A stretch of DNA of 64,000 nt from the human T2T-CHM13v2.0 reference genome, Homo sapiens (GCF_009914755.1 NC_060931.1), one strand, 5' to 3'. Shown: positions 16,839-33,087, counted from the first letter of the stretch. Translations and numbers: made by a program. Notes: generated by a model not told the origin, from the sequence alone.

Positions 16839-17333
16839 TCAATCAAGGATAGCTAGAAAACTATAAAGTATAGAAAGGTTAAATTCAATTTGAACAATAA
16901 GAAAATCGGAGTATAAGAATATTTTCTAAAAATTTAAAGACACATTTTTCGTAATCCAGAAGGTATATAGGAATTTACTTAATATGCAATAATCCAGGGA
17001 ACAAGTCATGGCCACCAAGAAAGGGAAGAAGACTACATGGAAACACTAACAAGGGCTTGTTTTTAAAGCTACAAACAAGAAAAGCTGAATCAAAGGGCCT
17101 GGTCACTACCCACGGGAGGTAAAACTGTCTTCCTCGACTGGCTGAGTATGGTCATCTTCCTTCCTCACAGTCCTGCTCTCATGCACACAACGAGACCCAA
17201 CATGCAGGCTCAGCCTCATTGCTGGCTGTGAGATCAGTTCTCTTTTTAATGGGAATGGGGGTGGGGGTGCTGATCTAAGGACTTCTAGTTCACTGCCTAG
17301 TAAGGGTGAGGGAACATCAAGCCCTGCTGGAGT

Positions 17334-17346
17334 TGGACTTTGGACT
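17334..17346. promoter_or_regulatory. Candidate HNF4A DR1 site
   Basis: TGGACTTTGGACT (reverse AGTCCAAAGTCCA) contains the HNF4 core CAAAGTCCA. Confidence 0.5.
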
Positions 17347-20260
17347 GGTTCCCTATTTGCTTCCTCCACTATTAAGATGTGTCCAACTACACATCTTAAT
17401 AGTTTGTTCAGGGTCTTAGTCCTTGTAGTAGTGTCTTGTTCTTGCTCCTCCCTTCAAGACCTGCCCTGAACCCAATCCTTTGGCTAGTGCCTTACTGTAC
17501 ATACAATAGCCAATCATGATCTCTTAGTTTTCCAGTTGCTCATTCAACATCTGACAGAACACTGCCCATGTGCTTATATATTGCCTTGAACCACATTGCA
17601 GTGATATGTTCTGCTTGGTGGATTTCCTTATTTGCTCATTACTGAATCAGTTTTATACCATCTCTCAACAAAAACCAACCTAGGCTGCAGACTTTGTAAT
17701 TGATCCCTTGCATTCTCACTGCCATCTGTTCCCACACTGCTACCAGATTTATTTTCCTAAAGGGCAGCTCAAAATCATCCCCAGCTTCCCACTACCTGCC
17801 CAAGCCTGGATCCCCAAAAATCTAGCTCATGGCAAGTCAAACCAGACCACCTCTCATGAATACCTCCCCAGAACTTTTCCTCTTTTGGTAATCTCATCCA
17901 TGCTATCAAGAGGTCCATCTCAATGGACAGTTCTTCCAATAAGCCCATTCAGATTTTAGCTTCCTTCTATGACCAAATGAACATTACCTGTCTCTTTCAT
18001 AATATTTTTTCTGTGCCTTACCTAAAACACTCAGTTGGTGTTGGGTGCTTCAGCTGAAAGGTCATTGAGCTCCAAGCCAAGATAGCCACTTTTCCACCAG
18101 GTGTTAAAAAGTATCTATTTAAAACCAATAGCCCTCATTTCTTCCACCCAGGTATACTTCAGTTGTCTCAAAGATTTAATTGTAAAAAAGCAGAACAAAA
18201 AATGCTGAAAGGAAATGGGGTAAATATCCTTTCGGAGAACAACCTCAAATCCTGAAGACATGGAGGAAAAAACTGACAACCTAATTACATACATTTTAAA
18301 GCTTCTTTATGGCAGCCAAATACAACAAAGTGAAATTGAAAGGAACAAAGCAGGAAAAAAAAATCTCTCCAATACACGCAAGAGAAGAGTGTATTTTCTT
18401 TTTATGTAAAGAGTTCTCACAAATCAATGAGAATATCATGAACAACACAACAGAAAAATATCCTAATACAGGAACAAATACTTTCACAGAGGAAGAAAAA
18501 TATAAATGGCCAATAAAAATGTAGAAATAAGCTCAATCTTATAAATAGTTAAATTTGAAGATACTGTTTAACTCTTTAGGCTGGCAAAGATGAAAAATAA
18601 ATACGAAATAGCTATCAGTGGCTGTTTGTAGGGATTTGGCTTATGATGACTTTCAAGTTTCTAGAATGTAATGTTTGGATTTTTTAAAAAAATGCTTGAT
18701 TTTTAAAAAGAATGCATTACCTTTATAATCAGAAAAAAATTAAGATACATTTAAAAGAAACAACTAAGAGCCAACAGTCTACCTAATGGAAAAGCAGTGA
18801 TACTTGTTAGAAACAATACCAAAACAAGGGTGAATGAAAACCAGGTTGGTCTTTGAAACTTGAGAAAAGAGTACTGCATTAGCTTGAGCATCTGCTGACT
18901 CTCAGGCTCACAGTGGGTCTTTCCCTCATCTCTCCAGCCTCACCAAGTAAGTGGGAGGGCAAAACTCAAATCAGAAATGGGAAATGTGGGGGTACCCAGG
19001 TGGAACTATTCAAAGGGGCTGAGAATCACAGAATGCCAGAGCTGGTAGAAATATCAGAGGTCATCTTACCTGAAGCCCCTGCTCATTTAGCAAGTGAGGA
19101 TAACAAAACCCAATTTGGTTAAATGACTTGCTCAAAGCTATTGCCTAGTTGGTGACAGATTTCTATCATGCCAGACCACTGACTGTTCAGTCTTCAAATG
19201 TACAACTTTTCCTAAGAAAGTAAGCTTGGGAATTTGATATAGAAAGGTCAGAGCTGTCTGCATCTCTTTAGCAGTCTCCCAATCCAAGTCCTGATGGAAG
19301 CAGAGGTCATTCTTACAAGAGCTTATGGCAATAGGACAGCCAAGTGGTTATTTCACTTGAGGATTCAACATGTCATTATGGGCAAAATCACAGACCCTTG
19401 GTAACCACTCATGAAATTAAAACTAAAATGGATTTAAAGTAACATTTTATGCATTCCTAACTAGTGAAATGACAAAGACCCTTTATGGTGGCTAGGCCAT
19501 ATGGTAGCATTCGGCAGAGACACTATCATTGATTCCCTCCACTGTAGAACACCCTCTGGCACATGCAAGCCTGAGTTATAAAACTTTTCGTCATTTCATT
19601 TGGTATTTTCATTTGGAGGAATTTGCAAATTTTAGTAACCACCATTTATCATCATCTAATTTGTGTCAGGTCTTTTTTTTTTTAAAAAAAAAAAAAGAAA
19701 AACAGCTTTTTAAAAATATAATTAACATATCACAAAATCCACCCTTTTAAACATTTCAGTAGGTTGTTTTTAGTACACAAGTATTCAGATGTTTATTTTT
19801 CTAAACTTATAGCAACCTCTCATGGTAGGTTTGGTATTCCAAATGTAGAAACGAACGCTCAGAAGAGTTACTTGTCAGAAAGCAAGGCAAAATTTTGACA
19901 ACCTTTTTTGATCTACTTGTGCTCACAGTGGCAATATTTAGAATAGAGAAATACTGGAAACAGACCAAATATCTAACTTTAGAAAAATGACTAATTTCAC
20001 ACATTAATAAAATGAACTTCTGAGCACCCATTAAAATAATAGTATGTGGATGACGTATATCTGAAATGTTAAGAAAAAAGAACAAAAATATGTGTGTACA
20101 TGCTAATTACAGTTGTATCAAAGCAAATGTATATACTTTCACAAATAGAATTGTTCATAGAATAAAATATTCTTAGGTTATTTATTCTGCAATGTTGCTC
20201 AAGTGACTGAGTATAATAACATGTCTTAATAATATGAAAAACCAATCATTATCAATATAA

Positions 20261-20595
<335 letters not shown>

Positions 20596-20739
20596 TGCTT
20601 TTTCCTTTTAAAAGACAAACTATTCACTTCCTAGAGCCACAAATCTTGATGATGGTCTTATTAGGATCATCTGGGAAACAATTTTAGATCACATGAGACC
20701 TCCCTCAACCACTAGAGATCCTGGCTGGTCAAAAGGAAC

Positions 20740-20851
20740 CCTACAGCAGTGCTCTGGAAAAGGCGGTCACTTGTCAATGACTTCCCTAAAATGTTTCTGG
20801 TAAAGTCTCTGGCATTCCATATAACTCAGAGCCGGGGCTCCTCGGACAAGT
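20740..20851. repeat. Inverted repeat arm A (intron 15)
   Basis: 99/112 ungapped identity to the reverse complement of 21638-21749 (hand alignment). Confidence 0.97.
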
Positions 20852-21118
20852 CGAAACACTTTTCTCGTCCTCTGACTCCCAAAACTCTGACCATCCCATT
20901 ATGGTAGAAAGGACCTTTTAGTTTGACCACATTCCCCAGGCAATTAGGAATCTGTCCTAAGGAATATATCCATGATGTTTTTGGCACTTTCCCCTATTTT
21001 CTCACCTGCTACCTCTTTACAGATTCTGATTTAAAGTCTCAGATATACACTTTTAGGCATCTTGTTGAAGTTTCTTCTTGCTCAGTATAGCATTCACTGG
21101 ATCATATTTTAATATTTA

Positions 21119-21334
<216 letters not shown>

Positions 21335-21637
21335 CTAAAAGAACAAAAATGTGGTGCATCAGGGTTACAGTATTGGCACACTGTCAATTAACATGCACAG
21401 TTAAGCACTTGGATGAATGCTGTTTGTAGATGATTAGAGAGTAGTTTATACTCCAGATCTCTGCGTGATTATGGCAAAGGCATCACTCTTTATGAAAAAT
21501 TAAAGTCAGACGAGTTTGGGACCAGACAAGTGGCTAACCCCTTCAGTAGGAGGATGGGTGATTTCTCCAGAAACCTATGGTAGTGTCAGTGTTTACTTAA
21601 GAAAAATAAGGGTTTGATCCTTCTTCAGTGTTTTCAC

Positions 21638-21749
21638 ACTTGTCTGAGAAGCCCTAGCTCTAAGTTATATGGAATGCTAGAGACATCACCAGAAATATTT
21701 TAGGGAAGTTGTTGCCAAGTGACAGCCTTTTCCAGAGCACTGCTGTAGG
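21638..21749. repeat. Inverted repeat arm B (intron 14)
   Basis: reverse complement begins CCTACAGCAGTGCTCTGGAAAAGGC, identical to 20740-20764. Confidence 0.97.
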
Positions 21750-22209
21750 ATCTCTTTTTAAGAGCCTGATCTTAACTAATTCTGATGAACTGAAAGCAGG
21801 CAGTTTAGGTGAAAATGTACCTTGGGATCAGGACTATTAAAATTATGGTTCAAAAGCCATCCAAAGCATAATCTCTAGAGTAAGGCAAGTAAATCTGCTC
21901 TTTAACAAGTGCCCTAGGTGATTTTTATGCATGCTAAAATCTACAAATCACCTGTCTAACTAGTTTAGTGGCCTCATATGTTTGCTGGGTGGATTTATAA
22001 ATGGGCATTTAAACCCTGGATAATGCCAATAAAAGTATTGATATTATGTCATTAATAATGGCTACTCTTTCTGACACTCATTAGCCCTTTTACCCAATAG
22101 CTTAAGATCACTCCTACTCTGAGACAATCAAACCACATCATTAGGATGGTTATTAGAGAATAGTCTAATTCACCTAAGTGGTTAACATATAAATTAAAAA
22201 TGAGAGGCT

Positions 22210-22660
22210 AGATTCATAATAGGCAAAAAGTGGAAACAATCCAAATATTCATCAATTGGCAAACAGATTTAAAATGTGGTATATCCATATAATGGAATAT
22301 TGTTAGGCCATAAAATAGAATGCATTTTGATTCACATCACAACATAGATGAACTTTGAAAACATTGTGCTAAGTGAAAGAAGCCAGTCACAAAAGATGAC
22401 ACATGGTATGATTTTATTTATATGAGATATCTAAGAGTAGGCAAATTCATAGAGACAGAAGGTAGATTCATGGTTGCCAAGGGCTAGAGTGAGGGTGGAA
22501 TGCAGAGTGACTGGTTTCTTAATGAGGTGGTGAAAATGTTCTGGAATTCGATAGCAGTGATGGTTGTACAACCTTGTGAATATTCTAAAAACCCCGGAAT
22601 TGTATATTTTTAAAGGGTGAATTTTATGGCATGTGTTTGTATCTCAATTTTTTAAAAATA
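22210..22660 (+). mobile_element. L1MB-like 3' end
   Basis: GCTAAGTGAAAGAAGCCAGTCACAAAAG; further L1M relic to about 23100. Confidence 0.75.
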
Positions 22661-23705
22661 GCCATGAAAATTCTGAAAAAGAAGTTAATGAGAGGAGTAA
22701 TGAGAAGGAAATATCTCTAACAGATATTAGCATATAAAAAGCTACAGCAATTAAAATAGTAAAACCTAGGAAAAACCAGCACGTGAATGGGTAATTTGAT
22801 CAATAGAACCAAATGGAGAGTCCAGAAATAGACATAAACCATCTAAGAATTTAATTACAATAAATATGGTACTACCTATTGGTAAAGAAAAGGTGAATTA
22901 TACAATAAATGGTATTGGGACAATTGTGCAGCCATTTAATAAAGTAATGTGGTATTTCTACTTTAGTCCTTACATTAAAATAAATCCAGATGAATCAATT
23001 GTTTTTAAGTAAATATAAAAGAGAAACATCACTGGAAAGAGAGAGAGGCTAGAACACAGCTCTCTTGGACAACATTTAAGACTATTATTTGATTTTTAGT
23101 ATATAAGCCCCAAAGAAGCACTCACAAATATTTACTTATATGGAAGCTGGGTTTAGTCCATATATAATAAGGCATATACAAAATAATTTGATTACTGTAA
23201 TTATATTCATGATGCTAACAGTGATGAATAAATTGCTAACAATGACTATATTATCATGATGATGATAATAGGTTGATGATATGTCAACATATATACACAA
23301 AGGAATTGGAATCAGATGTATGAGTGAATGATTGCTATGTAAAAGAAATAAAGTACGTGTTCATCAATTTAGAAGTAAGCAACTGTCACCTTTGACCAAG
23401 AGAAGTTGGCCAAAGTAGAGCTTTGACACAAAAAATTGTTGTTGTTTTTTTTTTTTTTTTTTTCAGAGCTCCCAGACACCCTGATGATGACAGGACATTG
23501 ATAAATAAATATCCTAGATTTAGGGACACCAGCTATTATGAAATTTAGACCTTTGACTAATTTGGGATGTTCAGGGATGAAAGGTGGGCCTAAACAAAGG
23601 GAGGACTAATCTACTAGCCTTTCTGGAACTTTGGTAAAACAGCATCAGAATGAAACCTTTTGGAATCTTTTTATAAAAATCACCATAAAATCACCGTTTT
23701 CATTC

Positions 23706-24010
23706 TTTTTTTTTTTTGAGATGGAGTCTTGCTCTGTTGCCAGGCTGGAATGCAGTGGCATGATCTTGGCTTATGCAACCTCCACCTCCTGGGATCAAGC
23801 GATTACCCTGCCTCAGCTTCCCCAGTAGCTGGGACTACAAGTGCCCACCACCACACCTGGCTAATTTTTTTTTTTTTTTTTTTTTGGATTTTAATAGAGA
23901 CAGGGTTTCACCATGTTGGCCAGGATGGTCTCAATCTCCTGACCTCGTGATCCGCCAGCCTCAGCATCCCAAAGTTGTGGGATTACAGGCGTGAGCCACC
24001 ACACCTGGCC
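23706..24010 (-). mobile_element. Alu (Sc-like), expanded middle A tract
   Basis: full Alu in reverse; GTTGCCAGG and GACCTCGTGATC. Confidence 0.92.
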
Positions 24011-24236
24011 ACCATTTTGTTTCTTTTCCTGTTCTTCTATGATAACACCATGATCAGGAGTGTGCATGTAGGTATGAAACTGTATTGCCTTTCTTTAAAA
24101 GAGTCAAAATACAAAATCTGCTGTTATATCTTTCTTCAAGATCTTATATTTAATAGCATTTTATTTATTTTGACAAATAGTTGCTATCTGTAGAGTCAAA
24201 AGCTAATATGGTCATCACTATTAAAATTTATTTTAG

Positions 24237-24530
<294 letters not shown>

Positions 24531-25081
24531 TTAATGTAGACATATTTTCTCAATGAGCTGGGCCATCATAGTCAATTTAGTAAATATTTATTTAGCCTCT
24601 ACTATGTGCAAGGCACTGGGCTGTTGAAGAGATTCAAATATGAATCTTTTTATTAATTCTGCCTCCTGGGGTGGTTTATTCTTCCTAGGAAAGAGAAGGC
24701 ATAAAAATAAGTAGGTAACTACAGTAAGCTGTTGCCACACAAGGAAGGCCTGATCAATGTATAAAGGATCCACAAAATAAAAATATTATTCTTCCAGGAT
24801 GGGTAATTGAGTAGAAATAACAGTAGATATAATAGTGATACATCCTTATGGTCCTCAGAGGCAAGACTACAATTTATGAAATTCAACTTTTCATCATTAA
24901 AAAGAGAGTTGGATTGTAAGTTAGAGTGACTGGCTAACTGATTGATTGGTATCTTCTTTGGGGACATAGTAATAAAGGGTTTATCTTTAAAGGTATGGTT
25001 TATTGTCTGTAAAAATATTAGCATAATTACCTTGCAGTGTGGAGCCAATTAGTGCAGATTATAAACTGTTTTCATAGCAAC

Positions 25082-27277
25082 TATGGCAGATTAATATGGC
25101 CACAAACACTTTGCAGCTTCTCCTATACAGAAGTGGAGCCAATTTCTCTGCCTCCTCATATCTGGGCAGGCCCTGTAACTTGTTTTGACAAAGAAAATGT
25201 AAAGAAATTGATTTCTACAATTTCTGGAGCCCAGGCCTCAAGGGATCTCACACAGCTCGTCTGTTTGCCATCTTCGGATGTTACCCTGGAACCGCAGTGA
25301 AAGGAAGTTTCTCTAGCCTCCTGAAGGATAACTGGCTTCAGGGAGGAAAAGCAACCTGCCTTAGGCAACAGCCATCCCCAACTGCCAGGCACATGAGTGA
25401 GGCCACTTTGAATATTCCAGCCCAGGTGACCCTGAGCTGAAATAAGACTAGGCAAAACCAACAGAAAAACCACTTTACCAACCCACAAATTTGTGGGCAA
25501 TAAAAGTTGTATTTTAAGTCACTAAATTCTTGGCTTAAAACAACTGATACAGAAATTAGTAATTAGATTGGTATGCTGCTGTAACCAAAAACCTAAAACA
25601 TGTGACATTGGCTTTGGGATTGAGTGGTAGGTGGTGGTTGAAAGGAAGGTGATAATATTGTTAGTGGAGACTGAAACAAGAGTAAAGAAATTGCTATTAG
25701 AGGATAGAAAAGGAGTACCTTCATTATGTAACCTTGGAAAATTTGACAAAAATATTTCCTGCAGTGACTTGGAAGAAAGACATTTTACTTAATGAACCTG
25801 TACATCTGGCTGAGGAGATTTCAGACATCTCTAGACAGACTATAGGAGAGACAAGTGGATTCCCCTAGCTGTGTACAATGAGGTTTGGGAAGAGAATGAT
25901 CAGCTAAAGAATGAGCTACTTGGTTACAAGGAGAATTTAAGACAATAAAGCAGACCCCAGTACTCAGTTGGAAAATGAAGTTGTTAGTCATCCAATAAAA
26001 TTAGGGCAAAAATCAGAGTGTGTAGGTGTAAGATTTTTAGCAAAAATCTCTGAAAGATTTTAGGCAGAGCCTAGTGGACACTTTCAGCTACAAAAAAAAA
26101 AAAAGCCTTAAAAACTATTTAAGAGTTTTCTGATGGCAGGTTCACTTGCAGCCCAAAGAAGAGAGGAGCCTGTCTCAAAATAAAATATATAGGCATAACT
26201 TCTGGGGCTTGAGTAAATGACAGCTAGATTCTAAGTAAACTCACAAAGTCTTTAAGACAGTCCTTCAGCTTAGTCTAAAAGAGACTGAAAAAAATACAAA
26301 ATGAAAAGGGCCCCAAATTTCTATGGGCAGAAACATGCAAAGAAATCCACTCAGCTGCAGATACAGATCATTTCTTATGAAAAAGGAAAGCCCTCTTAGA
26401 GGGAAGGTAAAAGACCCTGGAACTAAAGAGAACAATGGACTAGGGAACCCACTCCTGGGGAGCAGAATCAGGCCTTAATCAAGAAACATCCCATTTCCCT
26501 GGAGTAGTGGGGTAATTGGCTGCATGTCAGAATTGCTATGGCCAAGGACTGCTATGAGCTTTCTGTTCTCATCCTTTTTGAATGAGTATCTGCTATGATT
26601 ATCCTGTCCCTGCACCGCCACTCTATGTTGAGAGTATGTGTTGATGATAACTTGTCTTTTTCATAGGTCTGTGGGTCAAGATGAGCTGAAAATGAAGACC
26701 CTCATCTGTATTAGACCACATGCAGATCTTCAGATACTGGTCTTTGAGCCAGATGCTATCACTGTATGAACATTTTGAGGGTCTGAGGAAGAGGTGACCT
26801 TCTTTTGCATGTGGAAGAAATGTAAATAATTGTGACAGAGGGCATGCTTTAGAAGATTCAATATGGTCACAGATTTTTTACTGCTCACCCATTAAGAGGC
26901 ACAGTCTGTTATCTCCTCAAATCTGGGCTAGCCTATGACTTGCTGTGACCAACAAGATGAGTTCTGGAGTCTAATCCTCTGGACACTTCACACATTAGTC
27001 TTTGCTCTCTGGGTACACTGCCCTGAAACTTTCATATAAGGAAGCCAGGTTAGCCTATTGTATGAGTGTGAGAAGTCACATGGAGAATTGAGATGGCCAG
27101 CCAACAGCCAGCGTGTGAGTGAGGCCACCATGGACCATTTTAATGAAGCCAGCCCTCCAGGTAAATGCAGCCATGTGCTCAGGTGGAAAGAACAGAGGAT
27201 CTACTCAGCCAATACACTGAATTGTTTTAAGCGTGGACTCAAGATAGTTTCTTACATAGCAATAGGTAACCAATTTA
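25082..27277 (+). mobile_element. MaLR (MLT1G/H-like) LTR-internal-LTR element
   Basis: LTR about 25082-25551, MLT-int start GAAATTAGT...TGCTGCTGTAACC, second homologous LTR about 26848-27277. Confidence 0.75.
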
Positions 27278-27339
27278 GCAACCAAAAAATAATAATAATA
27301 ATAATCCTGGTAATGCTAATCACCATAATAATAGCAGCA

Positions 27340-27580
27340 GCCAACAATATCAAGTGTTTCATATGTGCTAGGCATGTGCTAATAACTTTACATGCAGTAT
27401 CTTGGTTATTCTTTAAATAATCCTATGATACTATTTCTGTCCCCTCTTCCCCTATTACTTCAGAGATGTCTCAGGCTTAGAGAGGTTAGTTAACGTGCCC
27501 AAGGACACAGCTAGAAAAGAACAGAGCCAGGACTCCAATCCCAGCCTAGCATCAAAGCCTGTGCTCTTAACCATCACCCT
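27340..27580 (-). mobile_element. MIR
   Basis: AGAGAGGTTAGTTAACGTGCCCAAGGACACAGCTAG. Confidence 0.65.
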
Positions 27581-28234
27581 AAGCTGCTAATGGCTTTTCC
27601 TGGAGACTTTAAAAAATTATGAGTAGTTCATCAGCTATTTTTAAAGTAAATATAAAAAAGGTTATCAACTGAGGAGTGTGCTATGATCCTATAGAACACG
27701 AAGAAACAGCTAAAATTGAATGAATTGACTTGTCCAAATACGTACTAAAACTTGCAAGATCACAGTTTTTCTGGCAGAGGTCATATTATGAAAAACAATA
27801 CATACTGGTCATCTCCAATAATTCTATTCTTTTAGCACAGCAAGAACTATATTGTATATTGAATATCTGTATCCTGGAAATGATTGGAACCTAGACTCCA
27901 GGGCTGAATAGGACTCTTTTTTGTTTTTGATTTTTTGGTAAATATATCTCTCATTCTACCCGACTTTACTCTAAAAAGTCTATGCCAATACATGAATGTC
28001 TAATTATATTTTTAAGTTAGAATAACTTATGCATGTATTACTTTATGATGTACTGCTTTAAGTAACTTCAGAATAACCAACCATATACCAGTCTCATATG
28101 CATTATATTTTGACTCCTTAATATCATGATTTAATATACACAAAAGCAGTATAATTCAGTGCAAGAATTTGTAAGGAATAATTATTATTGTGTTATTAAT
28201 CATTATTAAATTATATAAAATAAGTCAAGATATT

Positions 28235-28535
<301 letters not shown>

Positions 28536-29423
28536 TCAAGATATTAAGCTGATAAACCATGAGGCATTAATTAACTACAGTTTACAGCATAAAAGGGAAT
28601 TAGGTTAACTTAGGATTCAGATATAAATTTTCCTGAGAAAATAAGGTTCGTGCAGCTTGTCTCTTAAATTGTAAGAGGTGGTTCAGATAGAATTCCTTAA
28701 GGAACTTGCACATATTATTACTGAACTGTCTTAAATCAAATATATTTATGATATTTATGTGTTTGAAACTAATTTCTATGGTGTCATCTGACTCTGGTAT
28801 TTACATTGTGTTGTTAATACAGATGACATCAGCATTACCCCCAAAAGTGTACCAAGATAAGGTCTTTCCTGTGACACTTCAGCTTAGTAAAAATGCTAAT
28901 GAGAGACTTAGAAATACCTGAGCTGGACAGATGAACTCAGCACCCTTAAAATGAATTGTTTATTTATATGCTTAGACAAGTACAGAGTTGAACTTTATTT
29001 CCAGAAAAGCACCTGGTCACCTACATGAATAGATAAAGATGATGTCACTGCCTACAAAATAGGGTGAGTATTCTGAATTAGTTTTCAGCTGGACCAGTGT
29101 CTGGGTAACCGGATTTAAAAATATATATATTTTAACATGACTACTTTTGGTCAAAAGTAGTCTTGCAATAGCCCATGTGCAAGAAATAAACAAAGCTAAA
29201 TGGCTTGTTATAAAGACCTGGATCTGGGCTCACTGCACCATGGTCAAAACAAGTCAGTACCCTTCACCTGTCTCTGAAGACAATGTAACCTGACAGAAAG
29301 GAGAAATCAATACAGCTCCATGAGGTAGCTCCATTTGCTATGTTTCTGTTTCTCAGCCCAGACTCCGGAAGCACTGGCAAGAATCTTCAATAGGTTTCAA
29401 TGTGGTGGTCCTTCAGCTTTTTA

Positions 29424-29606
<183 letters not shown>

Positions 29607-29949
29607 CTAACACAGAAAACATGGATCAGCTCTTGAAGTAACTTAAATTTAAAAAGGCTAGGAATTCTATAGAACTACATAAAGACAACATGGAGCTTTG
29701 TCTTAACTATTTTAATGTATCATAAAGTATGATAAGATAAATGAATTCTGAATTATAAAAAACTGACACATGCTGTATAAAATTTTATATTAATCATCTA
29801 CCATGCTATAATCCTTTAACCCCTAACTGAGTCATTCAGGGGACTTATCTAGCAAAGTTGGACAATCTTGCATCTCAAACATTATTAGCTAAACCTTTGA
29901 AGAATAAACTCAGTCCTATGAGGTGAAATTCTAATTTCAAGGACAACTA

Positions 29950-30210
<261 letters not shown>

Positions 30211-30504
30211 CTAATAGCTGAAGTATCAGGACCATTCATGAAAAACATCCTACCTAATATTTAACTTGGTTCAGTGTTTAGAAATAATAATTAGAAATAA
30301 ACAGCAATATGCAAGAACAAAAATAAAAAGCTCATGCTCTCTCCTGATATTTATTTTCATATATACAGTTTTTTCGTGGAAGGATTATTTGCCATAAACA
30401 ATTTTGGGTTTTATGTTTTTGGCATACCATTATTTTTATGTTCCAATATTAAATTTAAATAAAAATGCACACTTACCTTCCTGGTCTACATATAATTTTG
30501 ATAG

Positions 30505-30815
<311 letters not shown>

Positions 30816-31349
30816 CATGTTTTGCTATTTTTTACATGCTTTAATTTACTTCCTTTCTTCTTAAATATTTGACTTACTTCAATATTTATTGCAAGAGTAG
30901 AGAATTACTAAGTTGAAGATTATGATTTATTTTTTCTCCCTTGACAACAATTGCTTACATGTACAATGACTGGATTTGCTGGGCATTTGTTGCTTGTTAA
31001 TAAAAGGCTAAATAATTATCTTAAAACATTTTAATAACTTACATTGTCAACAGGAATATATAAATATATCTGTTTCATTGTAATTTACTAGCACTGGGTT
31101 TTATCATTTTAATCTGTTTTCTTCCAATTAATAGGTATGAGGTGATAGCTTATATCTGTTTTCATTTGTATACATTTATAAAGTTGACCATTTCTTGAAA
31201 CTTTTTACAAATCTTTATATATTCCAGAGAGTCGCATGTTCATAATGAGCAGGGTTACCTTCATATATTCATATTAACTTCTCTAATAATAAATATAATA
31301 CTTTTTCCATATATAATAAATCTTTTGTTCCAATTCATTATTTTTGTCC

Positions 31350-31667
31350 TTTTTTTTTTTTAAATTTAGAGACAGAGTTTCATTCTGTCACTCAGGCTTT
31401 GGAGGAGCATAGTGGTGCAACCATTGGTGCAACAATAGCTCACTGCAGCCTTGAACTCCTGGGCTCAAGTGATCCTCCTGCCTCAGCCTCCCAAGTAGCT
31501 AGGACTATGGGTGCACACCACCAGGCCTGGCTATTTTAAAAAATATTTTGTAGAGACAGATTCTCATTAGTTGCCCAGGATGATCTCAAACTCCTGGCCT
31601 CAAGTGAACCTCCCACCTCAATCTCCCAAAGTGCTGAGATCACAAGCATTAGCCACCATGTCAGGCC
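31350..31667 (-). mobile_element. Alu (J-like)
   Basis: GCAGCCTTGAACTCCTGGGCTCAAG. Confidence 0.9.
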
Positions 31668-32395
31668 TTTATTGCTTTCTTTCATCATAGTTTTATTGGT
31701 TTTTATTGGAAAGAGGCTTAAGGAACAACTGAATTAATCAATTATGCCACTGGGCATTTTTTTCTATTATTTCAGTGGTAAGAAAATTGTTAAATCATGA
31801 TGTTAACAGTGAATATCTCTGAGTTATAGAATTTCTGAAGATCTTTTTTTTCTGTTAACATATGCTTTCTTTAAAAATGTCAGTTGTTTCAATAATAATT
31901 TAATTCTCAATGGTTGGTATTTTACCAGGTTCTTTTTAAAAAATAAAGAAAATATTTACACTTGAACCAACCCAGAGTTTACTTTAGTAAATGAGAATGG
32001 GCCTATGTTCCCCCATAGTAATATCAGATTTTTCCAATAATATTAATTTTATTAAATTAAATAAATAGTTCCATGTATTGTAGAAAATTATGTATTAATT
32101 CTGGAGATCTCTGTTCTGTCCCAATGCCTTTTTATGATTTTTGGTTTTGGCATGCCATTATTTTTACTTTTTACCTTATAATCTTCTGTTTTCACAATTA
32201 TTGAATTATAATCCATTTTAATATCAGATAAACTCAATGCTCTAAAATTGGGACAACTGAGGAAATTCTGAATATAGCTCGTGGACTTGTATATTGCATT
32301 AATGTTAAATTTACTGATTTTTAATCATTGTTTTGTGGTAATCTAAGAGAATGTCCTTTTTAGGAATGTATTCTGAAGTATAAGGGTATACATAA

Positions 32396-32436
32396 TACAC
32401 ACACACACACATAAACACACACATACACACACACAC
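32396..32436. repeat. Imperfect (AC)n
   Basis: interrupted AC run. Confidence 0.85.
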
Positions 32437-33087
32437 GGAGAAAGAGAAGATGATAAAGCAAGTGGGTCAAAATATAAACAATCTAAATCTGGGTGAAGGA
32501 TCTGTGAGTTCTCTAGTTACAATTTTCTGTAAATTCAAATTTATAGCAAAACTTTTAAATGGCAAAAAAACATACCCTAGGCTATTACTGTCTCTGTGTT
32601 TCTAGAATTTTCTCAAGAGACTAGTTTCTTAAGAGACCATCCCACTTTCCCCCTTAGATATTCCTAAGTTTAAGAAAACTCAACTGTCTTGGATGAATTT
32701 AATTGCTGTCCTAAAATATCTGGTGACCCTAATTGTCATCAATTGTTCCCAACAATTGCTATATGGAGTATGTTTGACCAAACTCTAACTCATTGAAAGT
32801 AATCCTCTCAGTGGTTTGTAGACTGCTTTGCAGTAATTTAATGTGTTATGAAAGCTTAGTCAGAACAGAGGAGAGCTTTGTCCAGCTTCCACAGCTTTTA
32901 TGACTTTTATTTAATGCATTTGTGAAACCAGCCCAAGGGTGTGAAGGCATTATCCATCGGCATTGCCATTTTGTAGGCTTTTTACCAAAACTGGATTCAC
33001 ACGCAAATTTGTTACTGAAAAACCAATTTCAAAGGGCCAATTTGTATCCAGCTTCCCACTCTGGAAAGCTTGGTTCTTCCCACTTAC

